A DNA stretch of 64,000 nt, from NCBI RefSeq assembly GCF_000143415.4, contig NW_003314268.1, forward strand, positions 936,703 through 1,000,702, written 5' to 3'. Of this stretch, positions 62,760 through 64,000 are shown one piece after another. This DNA comes from Selaginella moellendorffii. Its lineage: Eukaryota; Plantae; Lycopodiophyta. The notes beneath the pieces are model-generated. The model did not search any database. It was not told the origin of the DNA and worked only from the letters and a program-made list of their open reading frames with translations. Made by a program: the position numbers and the translations under genes. Position 1 is the first letter of the stretch. The number at the start of each line of letters is the position of its first letter.

Positions 62760-63173
62760 ATGGTTTGGAAGGTGAGCATTGCGTCTGGCTGATTTCATTG
62801 ATTGTTTGATCTCGAGCTCTGCGCTGTAGGTTGTCTTGAAAGTGGACTCTTGCAACAAATGCAAGGGCAAGATTATGTCTCAGATCTATGACGGCGTCTC
62901 CGGTGAGTGTAGATTTCCGCGAATTCTCCCAAATTTCGATGCTGTGATCGCTGATCAAGATATCTTCGTGCTCTTGCAGGTGTGAAGAAAGTGGAGGTTA
63001 AAGATCCCCTTTACACCTTCACAGGTGATTTCAAGGTGGACGACATCCTCAAGGCCATCGAGAAGAAACGGAAGTGTATATCTGTGGAATCCTTCCAGGA
63101 GATAAAGGTGGAAAAGCCCAAGCCGAAGCCAAAGGACGATTGCTGCTGCTGCTGCTGCTGCTCCTGCTGCTAG
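62760..63173 (+). CDS. Small heavy-metal-associated (HMA, HIPP/HPP-like) protein, 92 aa, with poly-Cys tail; exons 62760-62771, 62830-62902, 62980-63173
   Basis: Spliced product MVWKVVLKVDSCNKCKGKIMSQIYDGVSGVKKVEV...FTGDFKVDDILKAIEKK...PKPKPKDDCCCCCCCSCC*. CxxC HMA motif and typical HIPP micro-exon layout. TATA (gatataaat) at ~62603. Confidence 0.85.
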
Positions 63174-64000
63174 AATTTGGGACTGATCACTGATCATAAA
63201 GAGTTTTGTTGTGGATGAGATGATCGATCTCTCCTCTCTGTTTCCTTAACGTAGAGCACCAGATCATTCCGTTTCTTTCACCAAATTTTTTGTTGCAATA
63301 GGATTGAGATTGTCGATCTAACATCCGGGGCACGCGAGTGCTACGTTGAAATGGTCCTCCCATCTTTGCGTTTAAATTTCAAGTCTGTTGACAAACGAAG
63401 TCTGCATGAAATAATCATTTGGGGGAATCGTTGAAGCTTCACAAAAAATAATTCAAGTTGCTGTAGATTTGCTGGCTATAGGCCAGGTAGACGACGTGTG
63501 TGAACGTCATGCTCGTTTCAAGTCAAGTCCCCGTTCATGAGCACATCGACTTTTGTGTTATCTTTGTCCAGTGGCAGTACAATGATTATATATTTATGTG
63601 ATTGTCGGGATATAAAACCATGCCCGTCCCAGATATCCCACTGAAAACAACCTTCTAGGCTCCATCAGTGGCAGTGTCACTGGAGATTCTAGCATTTCTA
63701 ATAGTGAGTAGCTGTGCTTACAGAAAGATTTGCACGAGAGGTGAAGAGAGATTTTTCTTGGCTCAGTAGTGAGAGATAATATAAACCACCTGATAGAAGG
63801 TAAGGTAGCCATGGTCATTTAGTTTTATAGTGAAACTGACATCCTTGTTTCTTTTTTCTTTTCATGGTCTATCCAATTTATAAATAGAAGTTTAGAGTAT
63901 CCAATGGTGGCATACACAATTGTGAAAATGAGGGTGTGGACAGGATTGGTGTCTAGTTTGGGGGCAACATGGTTAAAAACCTTTGGTGCTGTTATGTAAA

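Noticed and set aside
1-64000. CRISPR arrays or prokaryotic defence systems
   Set aside because: No regularly spaced repeat-spacer array. The content is plant nuclear with spliceosomal introns.

Overview
Eukaryotic land-plant nuclear DNA. The very short 49-67 bp introns, PLS-type PPR debris and intron-containing PPO suggest the lycophyte Selaginella; this is an inference, not a database result. The window is repeat-rich. (1) An orphan three-exon gene family (MARTEQER... proteins, 509-545 aa) has three open copies at 3542, 27382 and 56102, plus truncated or inverted pieces. They sit in a ~5 kb unit that is duplicated directly (3.5-17.5 kb vs 27.3-35.3 kb) and in inverted orientation (1-2897 vs 56892-59857). 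(2) A young Ty3/gypsy element (9441-14998) has 155-bp LTRs, a GGGAAAC -1 frameshift site followed by an H-type pseudoknot, and one nonsense codon in pol. A 5S-rRNA-bearing Cassandra-type TRIM is inserted in it, and a second, older Cassandra lies in an older copy of the same gypsy family. (3) There are further nested LTR remnants, a 5S-less TRIM family and a MITE with a 4-bp TSD. (4) Pseudogenes: polyphenol oxidase, cytochrome P450, PPR and LRR-RLK. (5) Intact genes: a GDSL esterase/lipase, an intron-containing tRNA-Met, and a small HMA-domain protein ending in CCCCCCCSCC.
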